Source of the DNA: Paenibacillus aurantius | GTDB lineage: Bacteria; Bacillota; Bacilli; Paenibacillales; NBRC-103111 | Assembly (NCBI RefSeq): GCF_032268605.1 | Contig: NZ_CP130318.1 | Location: 3,825,913-3,849,912, forward strand | Direction: 5' to 3' | DNA: 24,000 nt | Shown: positions 4,941 to 13,262 of the stretch, piece after piece | How the letters are laid out: the number at the start of each line of letters is the position of its first letter | Position numbering within the stretch: position 1 is the first letter of the stretch | Translations under genes and position numbers: made by a program | The notes under the pieces: generated by a model | Told to the model about the DNA's origin: nothing | The model's database searches: none | The model's input: only the letters and a program-made list of their open reading frames with translations

Positions 4941-6272
4941 TCAGCTCGCCTGCTTCTCCGCCGCTTCCGGAAGAATACCGGCATCCTTCAGCATCCACTC
5001 AATGAAGCAGCCGTAGCCCGAGGTCGGGTCGTTCACAAAAACATGCGTAACGGCTCCAATCAGCTTGCCGTCTTGGATGATGGGGCTTCCGCTCATCCCT
5101 TGAACGATTCCCCCTGTTTTCTCGAGCAGACGAGGATCGGTGATTTTGATCACCATGCCTTTGGTCGCCGGCAACTCCTGCTTGGAAACATGGGTGATTT
5201 CAATATCGAAAGGCTCCACCTTCTGGCCGCTGACAACCGTGTAGATTTGAGCCGGTCCTTCCTTGACCTCCGACGCGAAGGCAACGGGAAGGGCTTTGTC
5301 CACCAGACTATGGTCCGGACGGCCCGTCATCCGGCCAAAGATCCCGAACGGCGTATTCTTCTCGATGTTGCCGAGCACCCGGCTTTCCTGAAAGAAATGA
5401 GCGTGCTTCTCTCCCGGATTCCCGTTTTGCCCCTTGGCTATGGACGTTACATTGGAATGAACGATCTGCCCGCCTCCGACCACAATCGGGGTCTGGGTAT
5501 CGATATCCGTAATGATGTGCCCCAGCGCTCCGTAGCTGCCTTGATCCGGTGCGTAAAAGGTCAGCGTCCCTACCCCTGCCGCCGAATCCCGGATATAGAG
5601 CCCAAGCCGGTAGGCTTTATCGAGAATATCGTAGGCCGGCTGCAGCTGGATGCGGAGCTCCTGGTCCCGGCGTTTGACCACCAAGTCCAAAGGCTGTTTC
5701 TTCTCACCGGCTTCCTTCACCTTCTCGGCTACTTCCGACACGTCCCTGGAAGGTGCGCCGTTAATGGACGTAATCAAGTCGCCGATCTCTACCTTCGCCT
5801 GCTCTCCGGGGGAAATTTTCTGGTTTTTCTGAATGGTCACCAGATGATGGCCAACTACAAGGATACCGGCCGATTTGACCTTAACCCCGATGGTCTGTCC
5901 GCCTGGGATCACTTTAAGATCGGGGATGACCTTGACTTTTACGGTTTTGAAGGGTATGGCTCCGAACAGCTTAAGCTTCATCTCCGTCTCACCGGAGCGG
6001 TCCGACTGCAGGGTAATGGGATCCTTCAGGTTCACTTCGGCGGAAGAGACGGCTTCCCCCTTCAAGTGAGCCACCAGCGGGTCCGATACCGTTACACGGG
6101 CGGTAACCGGCATGGAAAGCTTAAGGTTCGCCGCTTGTCCGGAGAACAGGCGAAGCTCCTTAGGAAAACGCGCGAAGCTTTGGAACGGGGCGGTGAAGCT
6201 GGCCAGGCTGATTAGAATGACAAGAATAAGACCTATCCCTCTTCTGCGGTTGCCGGGGTTCAAGCAGATCAC
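4941..6272 (-). CDS. spoIVB: SpoIVB signalling serine peptidase (S55 family, with PDZ domain)
   Basis: The product has an N-terminal TM segment, a PDZ-like region (GDLITSINGAP) and a peptidase S55 core (GTLTFYAP...GALGH...GGIVQGMSGSPIIQDGKLIGAVTHVF). The maximal ORF extends to 6371. The likelier starts are the GTG at 6272 or the TTG at 6263, both just after the AAGGAG at 6279-6274. Confidence 0.9.
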   Translation of the reverse strand: MICLNPGNRRRGIGLILVILISLASFTAPFQSFARFPKELRLFSGQAANLKLSMPVTARVTVSDPLVAHLKGEAVSSAEVNLKDPITLQSDRSGETEMKLKLFGAIPFKTVKVKVIPDLKVIPGGQTIGVKVKSAGILVVGHHLVTIQKNQKISPGEQAKVEIGDLITSINGAPSRDVSEVAEKVKEAGEKKQPLDLVVKRRDQELRIQLQPAYDILDKAYRLGLYIRDSAAGVGTLTFYAPDQGSYGALGHIITDIDTQTPIVVGGGQIVHSNVTSIAKGQNGNPGEKHAHFFQESRVLGNIEKNTPFGIFGRMTGRPDHSLVDKALPVAFASEVKEGPAQIYTVVSGQKVEPFDIEITHVSKQELPATKGMVIKITDPRLLEKTGGIVQGMSGSPIIQDGKLIGAVTHVFVNDPTSGYGCFIEWMLKDAGILPEAAEKQAS

Positions 6273-6392
6273 GCTCCTTATGCTTTTCCTGCCTGACGAA
6301 AAGCTCTCGTCAAAAGCGTACCTATAAGTTAACCCCGGCCCCATTCTTTTATAACTGTTAATGATGCTCAAACCCGCGCCGTTATTGCTTTT

Positions 6393-8123
6393 TTACCCTG
6401 CCGCGGCAGTTTTTTTAACCTCTGCCAGCTGGATCATTTCCCGGGCGTGCTGAAGCGTTTTGTCCGTCACCTCCACCCCTCCCAGCATCCGGGCCAGCTC
6501 CTCCACCCGTCCCTCTTCGTTCAGGCGGACCACCTTGGTGAACGTACGTTCCCCTTCGACCGATTTGCGGATCAGGTAATGAGCATCCGCCATGCATGCC
6601 ACTTGGGGAAGATGGGTAATGGAGAACACCTGGCAGCTTTGGGACAACCGCGACAGCTTCTCCGCTATCGCCTGGGCCGCCCGGCCGCTGACGCCCGTAT
6701 CGACCTCATCAAAGACAAGAACGGAAATCCGGTCCACTTTGGCAAAGATGGCCTTCATGGCCAGCATGATCCGGGACAGCTCTCCTCCCGAGGCGATTTT
6801 GCTCAGTCCCCTTAAGGGCTCGCCCGGGTTCGCGGAGATGAGAAACTCGACCTGGTCGATTCCGTTCCGGGTCAAACGCACGGTTCTTCCGTCCATCTCC
6901 GTCCCCTTCGGATCCTCCAGAGGCTTAAGACTCACGGCAAATCGGGTCCTTTCCATATGGAGGTCCTTCAGCTCGCCTTCTATCTCCTGGGAAAGCGACT
7001 CCGCCGCCTTGGCCCGAAGCTTGGACAGCTTGCGGGCATGGCCGCCCAGCTTACCCAGCTCCGCATCGGCGGCCGCCTGCAGCTTCTGGATATGCTCATC
7101 TTTATTCTCGATGAGGGAGAGCTCCTCCTCGATTTTGGTTAAGTAAGCCAAAATCTCTTGCACATTTTCCCCGTATTTACGGCGGAAAGAAGACAACAGG
7201 TCAAGCCGCTGCTCAATTTCATCGATCCGTTCCGGATTGAATTCAATCTGCTCCTGATAATCCCGCAGCTGAAAAGCCGCATCCTCCAGCTGGTAATACG
7301 CAGACTGCACCTGCTCCAGTAAGGGCTGAAGGCCGGCCGGATCAAGCGACGCGATCTCCTGCAGCCTCTGCATGCTTTTGCCTACGGCCTGCAGGCCTTT
7401 GTTGTTGTATAGAGTGTCATACGATTCGTTCACGTTCTGATACAGCTTCTCGGCATTTGATAGCTTGCGCCGTTCTTCCTGCAATAATTCATCTTCGCCG
7501 ATTTTTAACTGGGCTGCCGCTATTTCCTCCACCTGAAACCGGTACAGGTCCTGCATTTGAAGGGCCTGCTTGCCGCTTTCCTGGAGCTCCTGCAGCTGTC
7601 TCCGGAGGGCGGTATACTTGTCATAAGAGCTTTGGTAAGCGGTTAAGGCATCCGCCAGGGCCGGTCCTCCGAACAAGTCCAGCCAGTGAATATGCTCATC
7701 CACCTTCATCAGGGATTGATGCTCATGCTGGCCATGGATGTTGACCAGCCACTCACCTACCTCCCGGAGCATCGAAAGGTTGACCAGCTGGCCGTTGATC
7801 CGGCTTGTGCTTTTGCCGTTGGTTGTAATTTCCCTCCTTATGATCAAATGCTCCTCAGCGGAGGCGTTAATCCCGAGCTTACTCAGCGACTCCCAGACGG
7901 GATGGTCGGAAGGCATATCGAAGAGCGCTTCAATCTCGGCTTTGTCGCTGCCGTAGCGGACCAGATCGGTTGCCCCTCTTCCTCCAGCCACTAGCCCAAG
8001 GGCGTCGATAATAATGGATTTACCGGCACCCGTCTCCCCCGTCAGCACCTGAAATCCGTTGCGGAAATCAAGATGAACCGACTCAATCACCGCCAGATTG
8101 CGGATCGATAATTCGTTCAGCAT
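6393..8123 (-). CDS. recN: DNA repair protein RecN
   Basis: The 576-aa product has a Walker A motif (GETGAGKS), long coiled-coil middle region, and C-terminal signature and Walker B motifs (SGGELSRIMLA...VLVFDEVD). Synteny supports the call. Confidence 0.95.
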   Translation of the reverse strand: MLNELSIRNLAVIESVHLDFRNGFQVLTGETGAGKSIIIDALGLVAGGRGATDLVRYGSDKAEIEALFDMPSDHPVWESLSKLGINASAEEHLIIRREITTNGKSTSRINGQLVNLSMLREVGEWLVNIHGQHEHQSLMKVDEHIHWLDLFGGPALADALTAYQSSYDKYTALRRQLQELQESGKQALQMQDLYRFQVEEIAAAQLKIGEDELLQEERRKLSNAEKLYQNVNESYDTLYNNKGLQAVGKSMQRLQEIASLDPAGLQPLLEQVQSAYYQLEDAAFQLRDYQEQIEFNPERIDEIEQRLDLLSSFRRKYGENVQEILAYLTKIEEELSLIENKDEHIQKLQAAADAELGKLGGHARKLSKLRAKAAESLSQEIEGELKDLHMERTRFAVSLKPLEDPKGTEMDGRTVRLTRNGIDQVEFLISANPGEPLRGLSKIASGGELSRIMLAMKAIFAKVDRISVLVFDEVDTGVSGRAAQAIAEKLSRLSQSCQVFSITHLPQVACMADAHYLIRKSVEGERTFTKVVRLNEEGRVEELARMLGGVEVTDKTLQHAREMIQLAEVKKTAAAG

Positions 8124-8129
8124 AGTTCC

Positions 8130-8579
8130 TCACCCCAGCATAGCCATAATTTCATTGACAAAATGCAAGCTCTGGTCCTTGCCGCGGCAGATCACCAGAA
8201 TGGTATCGTCTCCGCAAATGGTTCCCATGACGGCGTTCCACTCGAGGTTGTCAATCAGAGCGCCGATAGCATTGGCGGTTCCGGGCATGCATTTCATGAC
8301 CACCAGATTGTCCGTATGGTCGATATGCACAAAATGATCCGACAGCGATCTTTTTAGCCTTTGCAGAGGATTGAAGCGCTGCTCCGCGGGAATGGCATAC
8401 TTGTACCTCCCGTCCTTAAGCGGAGTTTTGATCAGATGAAGCTCCTTGATATCTCTCGAAACGGTCGCCTGGGTAACATGGAAACCGGCGTTCCGAAGAG
8501 CGTCCACCAGATCGTCCTGGGTTTCGATTTCCCGGGTCGACAGAATTTCGCGTATCTTCACGTGCCGTTGGCCCTTCAT
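8130..8579 (-). CDS. argR: arginine repressor ArgR/AhrC
   Basis: From the ATG at 8579 (AAAGGAG SD, 5-nt spacing) the product reads [25 protein letters not shown]...[11 protein letters not shown]...[14 protein letters not shown]. It is 149 aa and collinear with B. subtilis AhrC. The track's TTG at 8594 is rejected. Confidence 0.93.
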   Translation of the reverse strand: MKGQRHVKIREILSTREIETQDDLVDALRNAGFHVTQATVSRDIKELHLIKTPLKDGRYKYAIPAEQRFNPLQRLKRSLSDHFVHIDHTDNLVVMKCMPGTANAIGALIDNLEWNAVMGTICGDDTILVICRGKDQSLHFVNEIMAMLG

Positions 8580-8590
8580 AGGTACTCCTT

Positions 8591-9043
8591 TCAAGCCGTG
8601 ACTTCGAATTGGATTTTGTGGATGGTTCTTTGGCGGGGATCTACGTATAGAATACCGGCCGCCTCTTCATACAGAAGATGGTAGACCAGAAGCTGGTTGC
8701 GGATTCCGCTGCCGGTCATCTCCATCGGCTGTCTCTCTCTTGCCAGCTTAACGATATATATGTTGTCCCCATCGTTGGCGAAATGATCGACGAACAGCCG
8801 GCTTTCGAGCTCCTGGTCGCCATTAAGCCGAATGCGGATCGGAACTTTGCGCTTCGTGGTCATGACTTCGTAGCCCGATTCCTCCAGGAGGGCAACGGCG
8901 TCCGTCACCGGAATTTCCTCGTCCGGCTCCACAACCCGTATCGTTTTGGGCGGGGCGGTCAGCCATTTCCGGAACAGACCGGCCAGCCAAACAAGGAGAA
9001 TAGCCACGAGAAGAAGGAATACCAGGACGTCGGCATTTTGCAT
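8591..9043 (-). CDS. hypothetical N-terminally membrane-anchored protein (150 aa), an extra gene relative to the B. subtilis order
   Basis: One N-terminal TM helix ([19 protein letters not shown]) is followed by a soluble alpha/beta-looking domain ([10 protein letters not shown]...[20 protein letters not shown]). The GGGGTGA SD lies 4 nt before the ATG. The gene ends 11 nt before argR, so co-transcription is likely. Confidence 0.6.
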   Translation of the reverse strand: MQNADVLVFLLLVAILLVWLAGLFRKWLTAPPKTIRVVEPDEEIPVTDAVALLEESGYEVMTTKRKVPIRIRLNGDQELESRLFVDHFANDGDNIYIVKLARERQPMEMTGSGIRNQLLVYHLLYEEAAGILYVDPRQRTIHKIQFEVTA

Positions 9044-9075
9044 ATCATCACCCCATTGGGACTCCCCCTGCTTCT

Positions 9076-9108
9076 AAAAAGACCCATCCGGCAAGGACAA
9101 GTCTTTTA
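9076..9108 (-). terminator. rho-independent terminator after tlyA (A/T-flanked, so potentially bidirectional)
   Basis: The minus-strand RNA AGACUUGUCC-UUGCC-GGAUGGGUCU forms a 10-bp stem including 3 G-U pairs, followed by UUUUAG. Confidence 0.55.
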
Positions 9109-9153
9109 GTTCCTCTAAAAGATCGTTCTGGGGATGAGTCTGATGTTGTCCGC

Positions 9154-9981
9154 TTATGAAAATTTGGAAGAAGCCGCCTGGACGGTGTCCGCAATACGCC
9201 TCGAAAGCTTGTCCCTGTCCAAGGAGACGGGGGCATCCTTCAGACGCCAGCAGGCCAGAAATTCAATATTTCCTTCGCCGCCCGTGATGGGAGAGTAAGT
9301 CAAGCCCTCGAGCTCGAAGCCCGCTTCGGCAGCAAATGGCAGGATCTTCTCCAGCACTTCCCGATGAACGGCGGAATCCCGGATGACGCCGGATTTGCCG
9401 ACCTTCTCCCTGCCCGCCTCAAACTGGGGTTTGATAAGGGCTACCACGGTCCCGCCGGGAACAAGCAGGGCCGCAAGAGGCGGAAGAATAAGCTTCAAGG
9501 AGATAAAGGAAACGTCGATGGTGGCGAAGTCCGGAAGCGGTCCGGTCAGGTCCTCTTTCGTCATGTGGCGGAAATTGGTCCGTTCCATGACCGTGACGCG
9601 TTTGTCGTTGCGGAGGGACCAGTCCAGCTGGTTGTACCCGACATCGACCGCATAGACATGAGAGGCGCCGTTCTGCAAGGCGCAATCGGTGAAGCCTCCT
9701 GTGGAGGCACCGATGTCCAGCATATGAACCCCGTGAAGATCAAGCTCAAATTCACGAAGAGCCTTCTCCAGCTTCAACCCCCCGCGGCTGACATAGGGAT
9801 GAACCGCGCCCTTTACCGTAAGCTTCGCAAACCTCGGAACCTTCGTCCCGGCCTTCTCAATTCTTTCCTCTTCCGCAAAAACAAGGCCTGCCATAATGGC
9901 GGCCTTTGCTTTCTCCCTGCTGTCATAATAGCCCTGCTCCACGAGCAGGATATCGATTCGTTCTTTATCGGCTGTTGGCAT
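9154..9981 (-). CDS. tlyA: TlyA-family rRNA 2'-O-methyltransferase (YqxC-like: S4 domain plus FtsJ-like methyltransferase)
   Basis: From the ATG at 9981 (AAGGAG SD, 5-nt spacing) the product reads MPTADKERIDILLVEQGYYDSREKAKAAIMAGLV... and contains the SAM motif MLDIGASTGGFTDC. The track's extension to 10056 would overlap dxs and is rejected. Confidence 0.9.
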   Translation of the reverse strand: MPTADKERIDILLVEQGYYDSREKAKAAIMAGLVFAEEERIEKAGTKVPRFAKLTVKGAVHPYVSRGGLKLEKALREFELDLHGVHMLDIGASTGGFTDCALQNGASHVYAVDVGYNQLDWSLRNDKRVTVMERTNFRHMTKEDLTGPLPDFATIDVSFISLKLILPPLAALLVPGGTVVALIKPQFEAGREKVGKSGVIRDSAVHREVLEKILPFAAEAGFELEGLTYSPITGGEGNIEFLACWRLKDAPVSLDRDKLSRRIADTVQAASSKFS

Positions 9982-9997
9982 GTTGACTCCTTGCTGG

Positions 9998-11881
9998 TTA
10001 AGCTCTCTGGCGGGTCCGGGCCGTGAAGGACTGGATCTGCATAACCAGATTCTCAACCGTTAATCCGACTTCCTGGCGCTGCTCTTTGATGCTTCCGTGC
10101 TCTACAAAATAATCGGGAACCGCCATATTCTTAATCTGCAGCCCGTAAATTTGCTGGGAAGCATAGAATTCCAGAACCGCACTGCCGAATCCTCCGGCAA
10201 GCGATCCCTCCTCGAGCGTAACCAGGTTGTACCCTTCCTTGGCCAATTGAAGCAGCATGGCCTCGTCAAGAGGCTTGATGAAGCGGGCGTTGATCACTTT
10301 GATCGAAATGCCCTGCGGACGCAGCAGATCGGCGGCTTCCTCGGCGAGCTGAACCATCGGTCCGACCGCGAGTACGGCTGTTTTGTTTCCTTCCCGCACC
10401 ACTTCCCAGGAACCGATCGGCAAACTTCTCAGCTCGTCCTCCAGCTTGACTCCCGTTCCGTTAATCCGGGGATAACGAACGGCAATGGGGCCGTCGTTAT
10501 AATCGATCCCCGTCTTGATCATATGCCGCAGCTCGTTCTCGTCCTTGGGCATCATGATGACCATATTGGGAACATGCCTCAGAAAAGCAATATCATACAC
10601 GCCCTGGTGCGTCTCCCCATCCGGTCCGACAAAGCCGGCCCGGTCGATGGCGAACAGCACGTTCAGGTCCTGGCGGCAAATATCGTGCACCACCTGGTCG
10701 TAAGCCCGCTGAAGGAAGGTCGAGTAGACCGCATAAACCGGCTTCATTCCTTCACCGGCCATGGCCGCGCACATCGTGGCGGCGTGCTGCTCGGCGATCC
10801 CTACATCGATCATGCGTCCGGGGAATTTCTTCGCGAACTTGAGAAGCCCCGAGCCCGCCGGCATGGCCGGGGTGACCGCTACGATGCGCTCATCTTTCTC
10901 CGCCAGCTCCATGAGGGTACTGCCGAAAACATCGGTGTACATGGGAGGACCGACGGCTTTGATCATCTGGCCGGATTCGATCTTATAAGGGGAGGCCCCG
11001 TGCCAGGCGAGCGAATCCGCTTCCGCCGGGTTGTAGCCCTTCCCCTTGGTGGTGATAACATGAATCAGCACCGGGCCGTCCACGTTCTCCGCCTGCTTGA
11101 ACATTTCAAGGAGCTGTGGAATGTTATGGCCGTCGACCGGACCGAAATACTTGAACCCGAACTCTTCGAAAAGCATCCCGGATACAAGGAAATACTTCAT
11201 GCTGTCCTTAAGCCTCTCCGCTGTCTTGGCAAGCGTTCCCCCGATGGCCGGGATCTTCTTCAGCAGGTGCTCGACTTCTTCCTTGGCCTTCTTGTATGTT
11301 TTGTCCGAGCGGATCTTGCCTAAGTAATTGTGCATGGCCCCGACATTCGGAGCGATCGACATCTCGTTGTCATTCAGAATAACGGTTAGCTTCTTCTTCT
11401 CATGCCCGATGTGGTTCATGGCTTCGAAGGCCATTCCTCCGGTTAGGGCTCCGTCGCCGATAACGGCCACGACTTTGTTCGTTTCACCCTTCAGATCGCG
11501 GGCGAGCGCCATTCCCATCGCCGCAGAAAGAGACGTGCTGCTGTGCCCGGCCTCCCAGACGTCATGCTCGCTCTCGGCCTTCTTGATGAAGCCGCACAGC
11601 CCTTTGTACTGGCGCAGCGTGTCGAACCGGTCCATCCGGCCGGTCAGCATTTTGTGCACGTACGATTGATGGCCCACGTCATAAATGAATTTATCGACAG
11701 GGCTGTTAAAGTAATAATGCATCGCCAAGGTAAGCTCAACCACGCCCAGATTGGGTGCGAGGTGGCCTCCGGTCGCGGACAGCCTCTGGATCAGAAAGGT
11801 GCGGATCTCCTCCGCAAGCCCATCCAATTGTTCCACAGAAAGCTTCTTAAGATCCTCAGGCCGATTGATTTGTTCGAGCAC
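9998..11881 (-). CDS. dxs: 1-deoxy-D-xylulose-5-phosphate synthase
   Basis: The 627-aa product contains ...[45 protein letters not shown]...[18 protein letters not shown]..., the transketolase-like ThDP motifs. The GTG start at 11881 has a GGGGGA SD with 6-nt spacing. Confidence 0.95.
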   Translation of the reverse strand: MLEQINRPEDLKKLSVEQLDGLAEEIRTFLIQRLSATGGHLAPNLGVVELTLAMHYYFNSPVDKFIYDVGHQSYVHKMLTGRMDRFDTLRQYKGLCGFIKKAESEHDVWEAGHSSTSLSAAMGMALARDLKGETNKVVAVIGDGALTGGMAFEAMNHIGHEKKKLTVILNDNEMSIAPNVGAMHNYLGKIRSDKTYKKAKEEVEHLLKKIPAIGGTLAKTAERLKDSMKYFLVSGMLFEEFGFKYFGPVDGHNIPQLLEMFKQAENVDGPVLIHVITTKGKGYNPAEADSLAWHGASPYKIESGQMIKAVGPPMYTDVFGSTLMELAEKDERIVAVTPAMPAGSGLLKFAKKFPGRMIDVGIAEQHAATMCAAMAGEGMKPVYAVYSTFLQRAYDQVVHDICRQDLNVLFAIDRAGFVGPDGETHQGVYDIAFLRHVPNMVIMMPKDENELRHMIKTGIDYNDGPIAVRYPRINGTGVKLEDELRSLPIGSWEVVREGNKTAVLAVGPMVQLAEEAADLLRPQGISIKVINARFIKPLDEAMLLQLAKEGYNLVTLEEGSLAGGFGSAVLEFYASQQIYGLQIKNMAVPDYFVEHGSIKEQRQEVGLTVENLVMQIQSFTARTRQRA

Positions 11882-12485
11882 GTTTGTTCCCCCGCTTCCC
11901 GTTCTGTGATTTCTGTTTGCGTTTAGGAGTGAAGATTCTCAGCTTGAAACGGTTCTCCAGCAAATAAAACAGCTTGCCGACCCATAAGACGATATCCGTG
12001 GCATAATGGATGGCAAATGATTTGCCCATGGCTTTGCCGCCAACGGTCAAGGCCGATACACAAGCGGTAAAGATGACGCTTACGACGGTGTTTAACAGCG
12101 CATTGTCGGAATGGATCATCAGCTTGAGAACGACCGCTGCACTGGCTGCGCCGCTTATGACACTGGAGACGTCTCCGACCACGTCGTTGCAGAAGTTCGA
12201 GAAACGGTCAGCGTTGCGAACGATATAAATCGCCTGCCGCGAGCCCTTCACCCGCTCCGAAGCCATGCCGTGAAACGGAATTTCACTGGCCGCCGCCGCG
12301 GATAAGCCTAAGATGTCAAAAAAGATTCCGGTAAGTACCAGAGAAAATACAATCAGCATGCCGATTCCCCAGGAAACCCCTTCGAGCATCGTGGTGGAAG
12401 CGACGGTAAAAATACAGGCTAATATGAAAGTGATTACCGATATAAAAATACTCCAATTAATGGAGTGTTTCAATGAAAATTTCAT
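11856..12485 (-). CDS. oapA: OLE-associated membrane protein OapA-like (209 aa, ~4 TM helices, DxxxD motif, basic C-terminal tail)
   Basis: The ATG at 12485 has a GGGGAG SD with ~7-nt spacing. The track's extension to 12632 lacks an SD and reads through structured RNA. The hydrophobic helices carry the conserved-looking [15 protein letters not shown]. The tail reads [22 protein letters not shown]. Its position directly between a long ncRNA and dxs is the documented oapA context. Confidence 0.75.
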   Translation of the reverse strand: MKFSLKHSINWSIFISVITFILACIFTVASTTMLEGVSWGIGMLIVFSLVLTGIFFDILGLSAAAASEIPFHGMASERVKGSRQAIYIVRNADRFSNFCNDVVGDVSSVISGAASAAVVLKLMIHSDNALLNTVVSVIFTACVSALTVGGKAMGKSFAIHYATDIVLWVGKLFYLLENRFKLRIFTPKRKQKSQNGKRGNKRARTNQSA

Positions 12486-12499
12486 TCTATTCTCCCCGA

Positions 12500-13165
12500 T
12501 AAGGTTAAAGAGTGGCAGCTTTCTGAGTAAACGCTGTGGCTTAGGTCCAGTAGGTTTTCCCAGACAGGTCACCCCAGCGTTGCCGGAGGGGCGGTTTCCC
12601 TTTACGCCCGCCTTGATGCCGTTACCGGTCATCAGACTGGATTACCACTTAGTCCACACTATAATCCCCAAAAAGCCTTACATCGAGTAAACAGTCTAGG
12701 AGTTTTCCTCTACAGCCCTGAAACCATTCCTTAGCCTCTTTTGCAAATTCGATTTCATGCAGCATCCGGCGAAAGCCTCTTTGGCCGAAGAGACTGACTC
12801 CTACCATCTGCAATCCCCTCAGAACTCACTCAAGGCAGGCTACGCTGCACACAAGTCGTTTTAGCCTCCGGCGATAAAGCATGCCGGCTTCAAGTGAGAC
12901 TCGCACTTGCAGGTTCATACCCCAAGCCGTAGCCGGGTGCACGGTGGCACAAAAGCCACGCACTTGGGCCTCCGCGGAGGCAGGGTCAACGCCCACATGC
13001 CATTGTGGATCGCCCTACTACCTTAACTCCCAGCATCAGCCCCCAACTGGGCGTTAGAAGCCAACACCAGGAACTTCATCGATGTGCCCTTTGGCGAATT
13101 TTTAGGCCCGCCTTCAGAAATGGTGGACTGACTAGAATACTGCGCCACTCACGAATAAATCGCAA
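12500..13165 (-). ncRNA. ole: OLE (ornate, large, extremophilic) RNA candidate; boundaries approximate
   Basis: About 780 nt separate ispA from oapA with no credible CDS. The region has its own strong promoter and many hand-paired helices. These include the long-range pair 13055-13048 with 12995-12988 (AACGCCCA/UGGGCGUU), and hairpins at 12937-12963, 12891-12909, 12868-12887, 12967-12982 and 12588-12612. The flanking order xseA-xseB-ispA-[RNA]-oapA-dxs is the OLE synteny. I could not run a covariance model here. Confidence 0.7.
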
Positions 13166-13170
13166 TTCTC

Positions 13171-13200
13171 ATTATACCATACGATTGGGCTCGTGCTCAA
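13171..13200 (-). promoter_or_regulatory. strong sigma-A promoter internal to the operon, driving the ncRNA and oapA
   Basis: On the minus strand, TTGAGC (13200-13195) is followed by an 18-nt spacer and TGgTATAAT, an extended consensus -10 (TATAAT at 13176-13171). Confidence 0.65.
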
Positions 13201-13205
13201 TGGAA

Positions 13206-13234
13206 CCGGCCGCCAGCGGAATCCGGGCGGCCGG
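13206..13234 (-). terminator. GC-rich hairpin just after ispA: a leaky terminator or processing/stability element
   Basis: CCGGCCGCC-(11-nt loop)-GGCGGCCGG forms a perfect 9-bp stem. On the minus strand it is followed only by the weak U-tract UUCCAUU. Confidence 0.45.
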
Positions 13235-13262
13235 CGGGAAGCGGTTGGCTCCCTAAGGTTGT

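Noticed and set aside
4857-6215. Long plus-strand ORFs: 452 aa here, and also 3939-4673, 6447-7146, 9364-10026, 10097-11323, 14595-15842, 15712-16731, 19101-20351, 20696-21592 and 22938-23744.
   Set aside because: Each lies antisense to a gene with unmistakable homology (spoIVB, spo0A, recN, tlyA, dxs, xseA, folD, accC, spoIIIAH, spoIIIAE). They have Arg/Gly/Pro/His-rich shadow-ORF composition typical of GC-rich DNA, no SD-linked starts and no recognisable motifs.
6272-6392. Searched upstream of spoIVB for a sigma-F/G promoter, such as the GCATC ... GAATGGGG-like strings near 6340-6370.
   Set aside because: Spacing and -10 matches to the GnATR / CAtnnTA-type consensus were not convincing by eye, so I make no call.
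12486-12632. N-terminal extensions in the ORF track: oapA to 12632, ispA to 14279, xseB to 14446, tlyA to 10056, argR to 8594, spoIIIAH to 21715, spoIIIAG to 22373, spo0A to 4775 and the 84-aa gene to 2752.
   Set aside because: The upstream starts lack SD sequences. They would overlap neighbouring genes, promoters or structured RNA, and they give products longer than well-known homologs. In every case an internal start has a properly spaced SD.
12500-12655. A cobalamin-riboswitch-like impression: GGUAAUCC, GGGAAACCGCC and GGUGACCUGUCUGG directly upstream of the membrane-protein gene.
   Set aside because: The B12-box and the GGUGAAA-type core are not actually matched. The segment is contiguous with ~500 nt of further structured RNA, and the gene context is that of OLE/oapA. 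It is better explained as the 3' domain of the large RNA.
13005-13256. 83-aa plus-strand ORF inside the non-coding region, and the 125-aa ORF at 12313-12690.
   Set aside because: They have no SD and lie antisense to the structured RNA or to oapA. Their composition is not protein-like.
12633-13262. Possibility that the non-coding gap is RNase P RNA, tmRNA, SRP RNA or a group II intron.
   Set aside because: I found no GGAAAGUCC or ACAGAA-type P4 elements for RNase P. There is no tRNA-like ...UCCACCA 3' end and no tag ORF for tmRNA. I found no domain-V-like hairpin and no intron ORF for a group II intron. The size and synteny fit OLE instead.
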